Source: a bacterium
Lineage (GTDB): Bacteria; Krumholzibacteriota; Krumholzibacteriia; LZORAL124-64-63
DNA length: 64,000 nt
Assembly: GCA_016706845.1 (NCBI GenBank)
Contig: JADJIV010000002.1
Location: 176,367-240,366, forward strand
Direction: 5' to 3'
Shown in pieces: positions 8,914 through 19,410 of this stretch. The notes beneath the pieces were generated by a model. That model was not told the DNA's origin. It made no database searches and saw only the letters and a program-made list of their open reading frames with translations. The position numbers and the translations under genes are program-made. Within the stretch, counting starts at the first letter, position 1. The number at the start of each line of letters is the position of its first letter.

Positions 8914-11900
8914 TCACCGCGAGACGGCCACCGGCACGACGCTCGTTTCGGAACGGCCGCCGCCTTCGGCGACCAGCCGGCAGAGGTACAGGCCCGAAGC
9001 GAGCCGCGGCAGGTCCAACCGGACCTCCACGGGTTCGCCCGCGCGGGCGGAAGTAGCGGCCGCGACGGCCACCTCCTCCCCCTCCAGATTGTACAGGAAG
9101 ACCCGGACATCGCAATCCCGCAGGACGTCGGCGCGCACGCGCAGCACCTCGCCCGTCAGCGGCGACGGGTAGCAGACGTGGCTGCCGGCGGCGAACAGGC
9201 CCGCGCCGGTGGGGCCGGCGGCGGACGCCGGGAGCCACGTCCAACCGTCGGCGCTGCCGCCGTACATCGGCCAGACCGGCGCCGCGTCCGCGGTGCCCTC
9301 CAGGCTCCAGACCGCAAGGCGGGACACGGGTTCGCCGTCGAAACCACCGTCCGCCGCGACGCCCGCAATCCGCTCGAAGCTGCCGGCCGCAACCAGTTCG
9401 AGACCAGGCGCACCGTCGAGATCCGTCAGCAGCGGCGTACCGGCGGCCGTACCCGCCCCGGCCAGCGGCCAGCCGGGAAGCAGAGCGCCGTCCTGTCCGA
9501 GCAGGAACAGGCGGCCGTCGACGAGCGTGAAGAGATAGCGCCGCGACTCGCCGACATCGAAGGCCAGCGGCTGCGGTTCGGTCCCGGGAGCGGCGGCCAG
9601 AGCGCCGGTCGCCAACTGCCGAGGCCAGCCGATACGGGGCGCGCCCGTGCTGCCCGCGCAGGCGAACGCGCCGTCGCGGGTGCCGTGCGCAAAGTCGGGC
9701 CCGAAGGGCGTCGCCACCGCCGGCCCGGCCGGCCAGAGCACGGGCGCGTGCAGATCCGGCAGCATCATGGCGCCGCCGTCCCGCGTCGCGACCGCCAGCG
9801 CGTACTCGCGATCGCCCATCGTCAATGGAACCGGTGCCTCCTGCGGGAATCTGCCAGATCTGCGGCCGGAACGCGGCCGGTTCCGCCGGCAGTTCGCGCA
9901 CGGGTTCGAACCCGCCACCGAAAAGCAGATCAGCTGCTCCCACCGCTCATCGACCAGGTTGCGCGCCAGCAGATGGAGACTCCCGCCGGCGATGTGCGGC
10001 ACCGGCGGCGCCAGCACGCGGCACTGCTCCTGCGGCAGAGCGATCACGGCGCCGCCCGGCCAGACCCGCAGCCGGCTGCGGGCGCCGTCATCCCAGGTCT
10101 CGACGACGGTGACTTCGGTCGTCCCGATGACGGGGGGCCAGTCGCAACCCGTCAGCGCCAGTGCGAGTCCAATACTGACGGGATCAGCGTCGCCGTCGAC
10201 GGCCTCGCTCCCGTCCTCGCCGTTGAAGACGAACAGGCCGGTGGGCGCCGACAGCACGACCTCCGGCCGCCCGTCGCCGTCGACGTCCGCCACCAGCGGC
10301 GCTCCCGTCCACGCGGCCGCCGAGCCGTCGGCGTTGCGCCCGACGGCGAGCAGGCCCGGTTCGGAGGCGCCCGCACGGAAGTCCGACAGGTCGCTGCGGA
10401 AGGCCAGGACGCGCCCGCCGTCGGCGGCGGTCACGATCTCGAGCGTGCCGTCGGCCGGCCAGTCCAGGTCGGCGGCGATCAGGTGCATGCCGCGCAGGTC
10501 GCGGCCCGGCAGTTCGCGCACCTCCAGGGGCTCGGCGTCGCCGCGGGACTCGCGCGCGCAGCGGAACTCCATCCAGGGCGCGTAGACGATCACGGGGTCC
10601 GTCTCGCCCGGGGCCACGTAGGCGGGATCCCGGACGACCGCCGTGATGGAATCCATCACGATGCCGGTGGCCAGGCCCGACGCCGTGGCCGTCGACGGCC
10701 GGGTGTCGGGTCCGAAGCGCGCCGCCTCCTCGCCGCGGAAGCTGTCATTGTCGCCGCCCAGGAACCAGGCGCTCGGCGTGCTGGCGTCGAGATCCTGGAT
10801 GCCGTCGGCCTCTTCGAGGTCCACGGACTTGTGGGCGGGGTCCGCGTTGTAGAGGTTGCCCTCGGCGCCCGCCGAGGCGCGGATCACCGACTCGTCGACG
10901 TGCCAGACGTAGAGGCCGCTGCCGGCGCCCTTGACGCCGGGGGCCCGGGCCTGGTTCTCGCTCATGAAGAAGTCGAACTCGCCGCCGTCGAGCCACTCGC
11001 GCTGGTCCGTCGCGGGATCGAACCAGCTGGTGGGCGTCCCGTCGCCGTAGGCCGAGTCGGCGTCGTAGTAGTCGGGAATGTTGTTGCCGTTGAGGTCGCC
11101 GGGGAACGAGAAGATGCGGTTGCCGTCGGGGTCCTGCTGCCGGTACTCGACCAGCCAGTACTCCTGCGGCGCGATCTCCACGCGCGCCAGCGTGGAGTCG
11201 GCGGCCGGGAACTCGGCGGGGTACAGGCGCAGGATGTCGCCCGAGCCGGGGTCGACCCGGTAGGGCTCGAGCCAGCCCATGAGCATCTTGTTGAACGCGC
11301 AGGGATGCGCCGGGATGTAGCCCGCGGCCGTGAACAGCCCGTAGCCCATCAGGCAGAACTCGCCGACGCCCTGGCTGTCCGGGCGCCCGGCGGGCGTGAA
11401 ATCGCTCAGCGAGAGCATGCCCAGGCGCAGTCCGACCTCGAAGCAGTAGACGCCGAGCGAGCCGAAGTAGCCCTGGAAAGCGCCGACCGGGTCCTGGAAC
11501 TCGTTCTCCGGCAGGATGAGCACGTGGTCGATCAGGGCGAAGCCGCCGCCCGGCAGGGGGTCGTCGGTGAGCAGCCCCGGCTCCGTCAGCAGGCCCTCCT
11601 CGACGGCGAGCGCGAAGTCCTCGGGCCCCAGGTAGCCGCTGTAGATCTGCTCGGGCGAATCGCCCAGGATGTCGGTCTCCTCGCCGGCGCCGGCGTGGAC
11701 GATCACCACGGTGTCGAAGCGCGAGAAGTCGATCCCGGCGTCCAGCGCCGCGATGGCGTCGCGCGCCAGCAGCACCTTCTGCTCCCCCTCATCGGGGTGG
11801 TCCCCGTACCAGGCCATGGGCCAGGCCAGGTTGGCCACCGCAGGGTGGACCTGGAAGCCGAACTCGAAACGGTCGCCGCTGGCCGCGCGGAAGTAGGAGC

Positions 11901-12264
11901 GCACGTCGGCGAACTGGTGAGCGAAATAGAGCGAGTCGTGTGCGGTGTAGTAGGGATCGCTCTGCCGGGGAACCGGGAAGCCCGTCAGGTCGCGCCCGTA
12001 GAAGAGACTGTCGGCGAAGTCGCACATCAGCACCGCGGCCATCAGGCTGTCGGGCGCCGCGCGGCCGGAAAGGCGCGCGGCCTGCAGGGCCGGCGACCCG
12101 TCGCGGGCCAGCGGCGCCGCCTTCTCGCCCAGAACCCGATCCACACCCGCAAGTCCGCTCGGCCGGCGGCATCGCCTCGCGGCGGATCGGCGGGGCGAGG
12201 CCCGCACGGCTGCCGCCAGGGCCGCCAGGCAGCACACCCGACGACGGCGGCCCATCGCCGGCAT
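8914..12264 (-). CDS. Secreted M6 (immune-inhibitor-A)-like peptidase homologue with FG-GAP/VCBS-like repeats and C-terminal T9SS type-A sorting (FlgD-Ig-like) domain
   Basis: Signal peptide MGRRRRVCCLAALAAAVRA. M6-like N-terminal region VVIVHAGAGEETDILGDSPEQIYS. FEVGLRLGM sits where HEFGHxLGL would be expected. Repeats include VADVDGDGRPEVVLSAP. The C-terminus reads PLTGEVLRVRADVL..VRVFLYNLEGEEV...ASGLYLCRLVAEGGGRSETSVVPVAVSR. Confidence 0.7.
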   Translation of the reverse strand: MPAMGRRRRVCCLAALAAAVRASPRRSAARRCRRPSGLAGVDRVLGEKAAPLARDGSPALQAARLSGRAAPDSLMAAVLMCDFADSLFYGRDLTGFPVPRQSDPYYTAHDSLYFAHQFADVRSYFRAASGDRFEFGFQVHPAVANLAWPMAWYGDHPDEGEQKVLLARDAIAALDAGIDFSRFDTVVIVHAGAGEETDILGDSPEQIYSGYLGPEDFALAVEEGLLTEPGLLTDDPLPGGGFALIDHVLILPENEFQDPVGAFQGYFGSLGVYCFEVGLRLGMLSLSDFTPAGRPDSQGVGEFCLMGYGLFTAAGYIPAHPCAFNKMLMGWLEPYRVDPGSGDILRLYPAEFPAADSTLARVEIAPQEYWLVEYRQQDPDGNRIFSFPGDLNGNNIPDYYDADSAYGDGTPTSWFDPATDQREWLDGGEFDFFMSENQARAPGVKGAGSGLYVWHVDESVIRASAGAEGNLYNADPAHKSVDLEEADGIQDLDASTPSAWFLGGDNDSFRGEEAARFGPDTRPSTATASGLATGIVMDSITAVVRDPAYVAPGETDPVIVYAPWMEFRCARESRGDAEPLEVRELPGRDLRGMHLIAADLDWPADGTLEIVTAADGGRVLAFRSDLSDFRAGASEPGLLAVGRNADGSAAAWTGAPLVADVDGDGRPEVVLSAPTGLFVFNGEDGSEAVDGDADPVSIGLALALTGCDWPPVIGTTEVTVVETWDDGARSRLRVWPGGAVIALPQEQCRVLAPPVPHIAGGSLHLLARNLVDERWEQLICFSVAGSNPCANCRRNRPRSGRRSGRFPQEAPVPLTMGDREYALAVATRDGGAMMLPDLHAPVLWPAGPAVATPFGPDFAHGTRDGAFACAGSTGAPRIGWPRQLATGALAAAPGTEPQPLAFDVGESRRYLFTLVDGRLFLLGQDGALLPGWPLAGAGTAAGTPLLTDLDGAPGLELVAAGSFERIAGVAADGGFDGEPVSRLAVWSLEGTADAAPVWPMYGGSADGWTWLPASAAGPTGAGLFAAGSHVCYPSPLTGEVLRVRADVLRDCDVRVFLYNLEGEEVAVAAATSARAGEPVEVRLDLPRLASGLYLCRLVAEGGGRSETSVVPVAVSR

Positions 12265-12429
12265 GCGGCGCAGCCGCGCCCGGGAACGCGGCCCGACGGT
12301 TCGGCGGTCTTGGGGCGCTCTGCGGCCAGGTTCATGAAGTCCGGCTTTCGCGTGCGGGTTCGCTTCGACAGCCGGCACCACCGGCGGAAACGCGGAGTAT
12401 AGGTGCGCGTCGCACAACCGTCAACGAAC

Positions 12430-12455
12430 GGCCCCGCCGGAAACACGGCGGGGCC
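12430..12455. terminator. Perfect 10-bp GC hairpin (GGCCCCGCCG-GAAACA-CGGCGGGGCC), possible U-tract-less terminator between convergent/tandem minus-strand genes
   Basis: Inverted repeat read directly in the sequence. Confidence 0.35.
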
Positions 12456-12580
12456 GGGGATCGAACGCCGCCACCCCTGATTGGCATCGTCGTCACCCCT
12501 GCCCCGCCGTTCGACGTCGGTGATCATTGGCTGACCGGCTCGGCTTCCCGTTCCCCTACAGGCGCCAACCTCTTCAAGGA

Positions 12581-14432
12581 TCAGGCCCTCGCCGGTCCGC
12601 CAACACGATGGGGGGATCCGATCACCTCCGACATCACGGGGGCGTCAGCGCCCCTTGCTCCTGGACTTGCTGGACTGCCCGGACTGCCCGGCCCCGAGGA
12701 TCCGCCGCGCGAGCCGCCGTCGCCGCCGCTCTGCTGCGTGCCGGACCGTGAATCCTGACTCTCGCGGGCCGGGCGCGTCTGCGTGCCGCCCGTGTCGCGG
12801 GAACTGTCGCCTTCCTTGCCGCGGGGAGTCTCCCGGACCGCCGGCGGCGTCTCGTTCCGGCCCTCGTTGGTGCGGGGCGTGACCGCCGACGCCGGCCGCT
12901 CGGGCGCCTTGTGCTCCTCGCTGCGGCCGCCGCTCCACAGGCGCGGGCCCTTCGTGCGGGGTTCGACCGGGCGCACCGCGCCCTGCTCGGCATCGCTCTG
13001 GTCGCGGCGGGGCACCGGTCGGATCGTGCGCTCGCCGTCGTCGGCGCCCTTTGCCGCGCTCCGTCTGGGTTCGGCCGGACCTCGCCCGCCGAGCGGCCGC
13101 GCGTCCCCGCCTGCGGCCGCACCTGGGTCGCGGGCGTGCCGCCCGTCGCGGCGCCGGGCCTGGTCACGGCTTCCCCGCGGCTGCCCCCGACGCGCCGGAT
13201 CGTCCCGGCACGCGGATGCCGGGGGTCCGGTCGTCGCGGGCCGGCGGCGTGAAGGTCTGGGCCGAACGCTGCGTCAGCGGCACGTCGCGGAAGCGGGCCC
13301 GCTCCTGGTCCCGGGCGCCGTCGCGCTCCGGCGTCGTGCGGGAGGACATCCGGTCGCTCACCGCACGGTCCGGCCGCGGATTCTTCACCAGGCCCGCGGG
13401 GTGGTGCTGGCTGTCCTCGCCGTCGCCCCGCTTCAGGCGCAGATCCTTGCCGAGCGGCCGGTAGCGGCGCTCGCCGTCCTTGTAGCGCGTCCAGACGTCG
13501 CCCCGGCCGCGGGGGGAGTAGTTCCAGACGTAGCAGTCGTGGTCCCAGCCCCAGCCGTGGTTCACGGGCCACGCGTACCAGGGGCGGTACCAGTAGTTGA
13601 TCCAGGGATTCCAGGTCCAGGGATCGACGTAGTAGTAGACGGGATAGTAGTAGGCCGGGTAGTAGCCGTAACGGACGTACCAGTCGTTGTCCCACCGGTA
13701 GTCGTGGTGGATCGTGACCACGCAGGTGTCGCGGTAGGGCTCGTAGCTCTGCCCGGCGTCGTGGCACTGGTTGCAGAGGTAGCGCGGGTGGTCGACGCGC
13801 CGGTGGACGTACCAGCTCGCGTAGTTCGTGGCCACGTAGTCCTCGGGGTTCTCCAGGCCCGTCACGGCGAAATTCACCTCGTTCATCGCCAGGAAGGGAT
13901 CGCCGGCGACGTAGTACGCGAAACTCCGCGGCCCCTCCACTTCGTGGTGGAAGTCGACCTCGAGCTCCCGCAGATCGAACGGGTAGGCCGAAACGACGGC
14001 CTCGACGTACTCGACGCCCTCGTCATCGGCCGCGAGGATGCGCGGCGCGCCGGGGCCGGGCAGGTTGTAGGTGTGGGTGCCGAACACGAACCCGTCGTCC
14101 AGCCGGCTGCGCGGCCAGAGGACCGTCACCAGGCCGTCGGTGTCGATGCGGTAGACGACGACGTAGGCGTCCTGGTTCGTCTCGAAATGGACGCGCACCG
14201 ACTCGCCACGCTTGTAGACTTCGTCCTGCTGGCGGTCGTGCCAGACGTTCACGCGCAGCGGCTGCTGGTCGTACCCCTGCCAGCCGTCGGCCGCCGCGGG
14301 TTGCTGCGCGCGGGCCGTGGCGAAGCCGAGCGCCAGCGCCAGCGCGCCGAGCAGCCCCAGCAGGGCCAGCCGCGGGGCGCGGTCCCTTCGCGCCGCCGTC
14401 CGCGCGCCCGTCGTCGATGTCCTGTGTGTCAT
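12581..14432 (-). CDS. Secreted hypothetical protein: DUF4384-like beta domain, single CxxCH motif, extreme Trp/Tyr/Pro-rich segment, disordered Arg/Pro/Glu tail (stop at 13164 in frame; tail to 12581 only if a frameshift is assumed)
   Basis: Signal peptide LALLGLLGALALALGFATARAQ. AYVVVYRIDTDGLVTVLWP is DUF4384-like. CNQCH motif present. Aromatic segment DWYVRYGYYPAYYYPVYYYVDPWTWNPWINYWYRPWYAWPVNHGWGWDHDCYVWNY. The downstream ORF 12581..13015 has the same biased composition. Confidence 0.55.
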
Positions 14433-15367
14433 GACCGGACCTCCTTCCGGGTCAGCGCCTTCAGAACCGGATCAGTTCGCTGCGGGGGGCTCCGGCGACG
14501 CCTGCCCGCAACGACTTTCAACTCCGGGTTGCCTTCGTCGAACTGGTAGGCCCAGTCGATCTCGACGTAGCCCGCCGCGATCGCGTAGACGTAGAACTTG
14601 GCGTAGTGGACGTCGCTCTCGGGATCCACGACGATCGCCACGGCGTAGGTGTGGCCCTCGATCAGTTCCGCAACGCCGATGGCGGAGTACCCGGACGTCG
14701 GGGCCTCGTCGACCGCCGAGAAGGGGATGGTCCCGAGGTCCTGGAGCAGGACGATGCCGGGGCGCGCCGAGTAGACGAAGGGCACGTCCTCGACGATGGC
14801 CACGAAGATGTCGGCGGTCGGGGCGTCCCACTCCATCCGGCCGTTGTCCAGGCGGCTGAAGTCGAAACCGCTGCGCTCGGGATAGCCGCCGAAGCGGTCG
14901 TAGAGCAGGACTTCGTAACCCTCGGGCCGCGGCGTGTCGTCGACCGTTTCCCAGCTCAGGGAGCTCTCGTTCCCGCTGGTGTCGTAAGAGAGCACCGCGT
15001 AGTAGTAGGTCTGCCCGTCCACGACGTCGAAATCGTCGAACCAGTGCAGCAGGTTGTCCTCGTCGAAGTTCTCGTCCCAGGCGACGTCGCCCAGCCAGTG
15101 GTAGCGGCCGTGCACCGGGTCGGTCCCGTCGTGACGGTAGACGGCGTAACCGGCGAGGTCGGACTGGTCCAGGTCGTTCCAGTAGACCGAGACGACACCC
15201 TCGCCGGTGACGGTGAAGACGCCGGTGGGGACGGTAGGAGCCTGGGTGTCGACAGGGTCGTCGTCACAGCCAGGCAGCGGTATCAGGAGCGCCAGCACGA
15301 GCAGGGACAAGACGGCCTTCAAGACCACGTTCGAGCGGCTTCGATCCTCGGTACGCATCCGGTTCAC
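14429..15367 (-). CDS. Lipoprotein with fibronectin-III-like domain (GTG start with GGGAGGTGG RBS; alternative ATG at 15358)
   Basis: Lipobox LLIPLPGC. FN3-like segment PTVPTGVFTVTGEGVVSVYWNDLDQSDLAGYAVYRHDG...GQTYYYAVLSYDTSGNES. It overlaps the downstream gene by 4 bp, suggesting an operon. Confidence 0.65.
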   Translation of the reverse strand: MNRMRTEDRSRSNVVLKAVLSLLVLALLIPLPGCDDDPVDTQAPTVPTGVFTVTGEGVVSVYWNDLDQSDLAGYAVYRHDGTDPVHGRYHWLGDVAWDENFDEDNLLHWFDDFDVVDGQTYYYAVLSYDTSGNESSLSWETVDDTPRPEGYEVLLYDRFGGYPERSGFDFSRLDNGRMEWDAPTADIFVAIVEDVPFVYSARPGIVLLQDLGTIPFSAVDEAPTSGYSAIGVAELIEGHTYAVAIVVDPESDVHYAKFYVYAIAAGYVEIDWAYQFDEGNPELKVVAGRRRRSPPQRTDPVLKALTRKEVRS

Positions 15368-15415
15368 GGTCCCACCTCCCTCGGGACGGCATCACGCCCA
15401 CCCGCAGGCTCTTCA

Positions 15416-15432
15416 TGGCAGGAGGCGTGCCA
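15416..15432 (-). promoter_or_regulatory. Putative sigma54 (-24/-12) promoter TGGCAC-GCCTC-CTGCC, about 45 bp upstream of the lipoprotein operon
   Basis: Minus strand reads TGGCACGCCTCCTGCCA. GG and GC are spaced as in the consensus TGGCAC-N5-TTGCW, with 9/10 conserved positions. A large sigma54 activator gene is adjacent. Confidence 0.45.
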
Positions 15433-15608
15433 AGGGGCGCGCACAGCGCCACTTCCACGGCCACATTGTAATTCATTATTATATCATGAATTAAAGATCA
15501 GATTAAGAAATGACATGAAGTCGGAGGAAGGATGGGCCAGTTGCCAGTGTCCCACACGAGGTCCACGGCATCCCCAAAAAAGGACGACGGGGGCGATCAG
15601 CCGACAAA

Positions 15609-15685
15609 GAGAAAAGAGCCAGCGGTCCTGGAGTAGACCGAGGATCCCGAGTCTCGCCTCTGCGGGATCTGCTGGCTCTTTCTCT
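15609..15685. other. Long imperfect inverted repeat (AGAGAAAAGAGCCAGC ... GCTGGCTCTTTCTCT; about 15-bp arms, about 46-nt spacer) inside an 800-bp lower-GC non-coding region
   Basis: Read directly. The region 15370-16180 is about 55% GC versus about 70% flanking and has no credible ORF. Confidence 0.4.
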
Positions 15686-16180
15686 GATCTGTTACTGCGG
15701 CCGGTGCGATCGGAAGGGAACGGATCCACGGTTTTCTTCACCCGTTGTCCGGTCGGATCGGAACCCCACATTCCTAGCCGCCCACCACGGGCCTTGTCGT
15801 TGAAAAACACTTCCAGCATGCCGGTTGACACTGAAAGTTGTGGATCCGGTTTCCCTTCCGAAGTCTCGGCTCGCAGTACGGGTCGGTCCAGGTTCATCCC
15901 TGCAACTGGTCCCACCCACGTTCGCAATGCAGGTTGCAGTCGGCATGCCATTCAAGAGCGCCGGCGGCTGGTCGCGCAATCCATTGATTTATTTATGGTT
16001 AAGAATCCGGGAGCATCTCCGGCTTCAACATGGAGCGGCCGGACAAGAAAAATCGTTGCCCCTGCAGGCAGCGTACATGAGAGCCGCTTGATTCTTATGA
16101 AGTTGGAGTGGCAATAACTTTAATACCCGGCGGTCCCGGGCGAACATCCGTTGCTACCAGGTTGGTTCAGCGAGAGGTCG

Positions 16181-19100
16181 TCAGTCGGCGTCGGGATCGT
16201 AGAGGCGGATTTTCTTCAGAAGATTGGGATAACTGATGCCGAGCAGGCGGGAGGCCGCCGCCTTGTTGCCCCCGGTCGAAGCCAGCACGCGCGCGATCTC
16301 ACGGGCTTCGACCGCTCCGAGCACCTCGCGCAACGTCGACGGGGTGCGGGGCGCGGCGGTCTCGCCGTTGGCGGGAACGATCTCGGCCGGCAGGTGCTCC
16401 GGGCGCAGCATCGGTTCGCCGTGGGCCAGGACGATGGCGCGGTTGATGGCCTTGACCAGTTCCCGCACGTTTCCGGGCCAGGCATGACTCATCAGGGCGT
16501 CGATGAACGCCGCCGTGTAGCCCGGCGGTTCGATGCCGCGCGCCGCGGCGTAGCGGGCGATGAAGTGCGGGACCAGCAGGCCGATGTCCTCGCGGCGCTC
16601 CCGCAGCGGCGGCACGGCGAGCGGGAAATCCAGCAGCCGGTAGTAGAGGTCCTCCAGGAACTCGCCCCGCGCGACCTGCCCCTTGAGATCGCTCTTGGTG
16701 GCGCAGATGACGCGCACGTCGATGACCTGGTCGACGTTTGCGCCGACGGGACGGATGGTCATCGAGTCCAGGAACAGCAGGAGCTTGCCCTGCATGCCGA
16801 GCGGGAGCTTGCCGATCTCGTCGAGGAACACGGTGCCGCCGGCGGCTTCGGCCAGGAGGCCCTTCTTGTCGCCGTAGGCGCCCGTGAAACTGCCCCTGAC
16901 ATGGCCGAACAGTTCGCTCTCGAGCAGAGTCTCGGGGATGGCCGCGCAGTTGATGGCGAGGTACTTCCGACCGGCGCGGCCGCTGAGATCGTGGATCGCC
17001 CGCGCGAACAGACCCTTGCCGGTGCCGGTCTCGCCCTGGAGCAGCACGAGCAGATCGCTGGCTGCGACCTTGCGGACCACGTCCAGGAGCCGCAGCATGT
17101 CCGGGTGCCCGGTGATGATGCCGCTCAGGGCGCTCTCGCGCTCCGGGACGGCCAGCGCCGAGGCGGCGGGCCGGTCGCGTTCGAGTTCGGCCACATTCAT
17201 CGCCAGGAAGCCGGACGCCGTCGAGAGGAATTCCAGAGCAGGGCGGAAGGCCGACGCACCGGGATTGCCGGGGCAGCCCGACAGGTAGAGCAGGCCATAG
17301 AGCTTGTCGGGCAGGGCGATCGGCACGAAGAGGTTGATGTCCGTCGCGCAGGGCAATCCGGCAAGGAGCTTCGCGACGGCCGTGCCGGGTTCCGGCTTCG
17401 AGATCAGGCGGGGGGTCGGCGAACCTGCGTAGAGCTTGTCGGCGAACCAGGTGGTGAGCTTCCGGGCGGTCGTCGCCGGCACGCCGCGGCTCGTGACGAC
17501 CTGCTCGGAGACCGGGTAGTCGGCCAACGGCGTCAATGCCGCGAATCCTTCCCTGGCGCCCGTGCGGACGAGAGCGGCTTCCAGCAGCCCCCGCAGGGCG
17601 GTCTGGACGGCCTCCACGCGTTCGCCTTCACCGCGGATCGCGAGGCGCTGCGGGTCCAGGAACGGCTGCTCGCCCACCAGGGCCCGCTCCAGTCGCACGC
17701 GCAGGGCCGCGGCCTGCCCTGCCAGATCGGGAGCGTCGAACGCCGACAGGGCCCGGTCCAGTTCGCCCAGGGCGATCAGGGCCTCGTCGTGCTCACCGAG
17801 CAGCAGCAGGATCTCGGCGAAACCCTGCAGCAGGCGGCCGTAGAGGTGTTCGTCCCCGCGCACCGCGTCGCACTCGACCGCCTCGCCGAGCGATCGCCGC
17901 AGGGCGACGAGTTCCTCGTGGGGCGCCACGCCGGCGCCTTCCCGGAGGTGGACCAGGACGGCGCGCGCGGCCTGGAGCGGCAGCTGCTGTTTGTGGAACG
18001 TGCGCGTCGCGGTCTTGAAGTGGGAAGCGCCGTGCTCGATGTCGCCGAGTCGCGTCCATGCCTGGCCGAGGACCAGATGGCAGAAACCGACTTCGAACAA
18101 TTCGCCGCAGGCGAGGCAGACTTCCAGCGCCGCTTCGGCGCTCGCGGCGGCTTCGCGCCACTGCTGCCGGCCGGCCCTGGCTTCCGCGATCCGGCGCAGC
18201 AGTTCCCCCTCGAGGTCGGTGGACTTGGCGATCCCGCGCGCCTTCGCCAGGCCCAACTCGTAGTTGTAGAGCGCGCGTTCCCACTCGCCGCGGCGGGCCT
18301 GGATGTCTCCCATGTACTCGTCGGCGATGGCGGCTTCGCGCGGGTAGCCGGCCTGTTCGGCGAGGTGCTGGCCTTCCAGCACCAGTTCCTCGGCACGCAA
18401 CAGGCGGCCCTCGAGCAGGTCGAGCTGGCCGAGTGCGAGGCAGGCCTTGGTGCGGCGGTCCAGGTCGCCGAGGCTCGTCGCCAGGCGCAGGCACTTCTCG
18501 AAGCTGGCGCGGGCCTCGCCGTGCCGTTCGGACTTGCGCAGGATGATGCCCTCGTTCAGGTGGAGGCGCGCCATCAGGTGCGTGGCGCCGTGGGCCGCGG
18601 CCAGATCCAGGGACCGGCGCTGGTAATCGAGGGCCCGGTGCCAGCGGCAGGCGTTCTTCTGCAACAGGGCCAGGTTGTTGTAGAGGATGGCCATGCCGAG
18701 GTCGTCGCCGATCCGGCGGAAGGTCGCCAGCGCGTCGGTGTAGAACTCCTCAGCCTTGTCCAGACGGCCGAGTCGATGGTGGCAGACGCCCATCGTCACC
18801 TGGAGGTTGGCGACTTCGGTGTGGTTGTCGGTGACGGCCAGGACGGCGAAGGCCCGCTTGCAGTTCAGCAGCGCATCCGCGTAGGCGCCCCGCTGCACCT
18901 GCAGCCCCGCCTCGCGTCCCAGCAGGGGGGCGGCGAGCAGGCGTCGCGCGGAATCGGGCAACCCCACCGCTGCCTGCACCTGAGACTGTGCGTTCTGAAG
19001 CAGGTCGTGGGCCAGCACGAGATCGCCCAGATTGAGGGCGGCGTCGACGGTCTTGCGCTGCAGGGTGAGGGCGTGATCGAGATCGAGGCCGTCCAGCGCG

Positions 19101-19270
19101 GGGCCGTCGAGGATGCGCTGGTAGTATTCGAGGGCCGAGGAGTAGGCGCTCGCTTCGAAGTGGAGGTCGCCGATCTCTTCCAGACGCACCCAATCGCCCC
19201 GCTCCTGGCTACGGTGGGGGCCCGAGTCGTGGCGGCGTTCCTGGCGCCTGTGTCTGGAATCCCGATCCAT
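16181..19270 (-). CDS. Sigma54-dependent transcriptional activator with very long N-terminal TPR region, GAF-like domain, AAA+ sigma54-interaction domain and C-terminal Fis-type HTH
   Basis: AAA+ motifs [24 protein letters not shown]-type (GSFTGA) and ESELFGH. The HTH reads [23 protein letters not shown]. About 450 aa of TPR-like helices lie N-terminal. Confidence 0.9.
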   Translation of the reverse strand: MDRDSRHRRQERRHDSGPHRSQERGDWVRLEEIGDLHFEASAYSSALEYYQRILDGPALDGLDLDHALTLQRKTVDAALNLGDLVLAHDLLQNAQSQVQAAVGLPDSARRLLAAPLLGREAGLQVQRGAYADALLNCKRAFAVLAVTDNHTEVANLQVTMGVCHHRLGRLDKAEEFYTDALATFRRIGDDLGMAILYNNLALLQKNACRWHRALDYQRRSLDLAAAHGATHLMARLHLNEGIILRKSERHGEARASFEKCLRLATSLGDLDRRTKACLALGQLDLLEGRLLRAEELVLEGQHLAEQAGYPREAAIADEYMGDIQARRGEWERALYNYELGLAKARGIAKSTDLEGELLRRIAEARAGRQQWREAAASAEAALEVCLACGELFEVGFCHLVLGQAWTRLGDIEHGASHFKTATRTFHKQQLPLQAARAVLVHLREGAGVAPHEELVALRRSLGEAVECDAVRGDEHLYGRLLQGFAEILLLLGEHDEALIALGELDRALSAFDAPDLAGQAAALRVRLERALVGEQPFLDPQRLAIRGEGERVEAVQTALRGLLEAALVRTGAREGFAALTPLADYPVSEQVVTSRGVPATTARKLTTWFADKLYAGSPTPRLISKPEPGTAVAKLLAGLPCATDINLFVPIALPDKLYGLLYLSGCPGNPGASAFRPALEFLSTASGFLAMNVAELERDRPAASALAVPERESALSGIITGHPDMLRLLDVVRKVAASDLLVLLQGETGTGKGLFARAIHDLSGRAGRKYLAINCAAIPETLLESELFGHVRGSFTGAYGDKKGLLAEAAGGTVFLDEIGKLPLGMQGKLLLFLDSMTIRPVGANVDQVIDVRVICATKSDLKGQVARGEFLEDLYYRLLDFPLAVPPLRERREDIGLLVPHFIARYAAARGIEPPGYTAAFIDALMSHAWPGNVRELVKAINRAIVLAHGEPMLRPEHLPAEIVPANGETAAPRTPSTLREVLGAVEAREIARVLASTGGNKAAASRLLGISYPNLLKKIRLYDPDAD

Positions 19271-19334
19271 CGAATGAGTCCCCTGGCGAGAAAGTGGGCT
19301 ATTCGAACTGGACTCCCATCACCTCTTCAAGATC

Positions 19335-19376
19335 CGTGCACTTCAAGGTTCGTGCACTTCAGGGTTCGTACATGCG
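19335..19376. repeat. Tandem direct repeat CGTGCACTTCARGGTT x2 (+ partial third) in promoter region of the sigma54 activator gene
   Basis: Read directly. It contains the palindromic core GTGCAC. Confidence 0.4.
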
Positions 19377-19410
19377 CGGTGCGGAGTCGGCCGTTCTCCA
19401 GACGGCCGGC

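Noticed and set aside
8533-12402. 1289-aa plus-strand ORF
   Set aside because: It is antisense to the M6-like protein and the FadL-like outer-membrane gene, has low-complexity composition, and is a high-GC artefact.
15484-15951. 155-aa and other short ORFs inside the lower-GC intergenic island
   Set aside because: They show no codon-usage or GC3 signal like neighbouring genes, have no RBS or start context, and overlap the large inverted repeat. The region is treated as non-coding.
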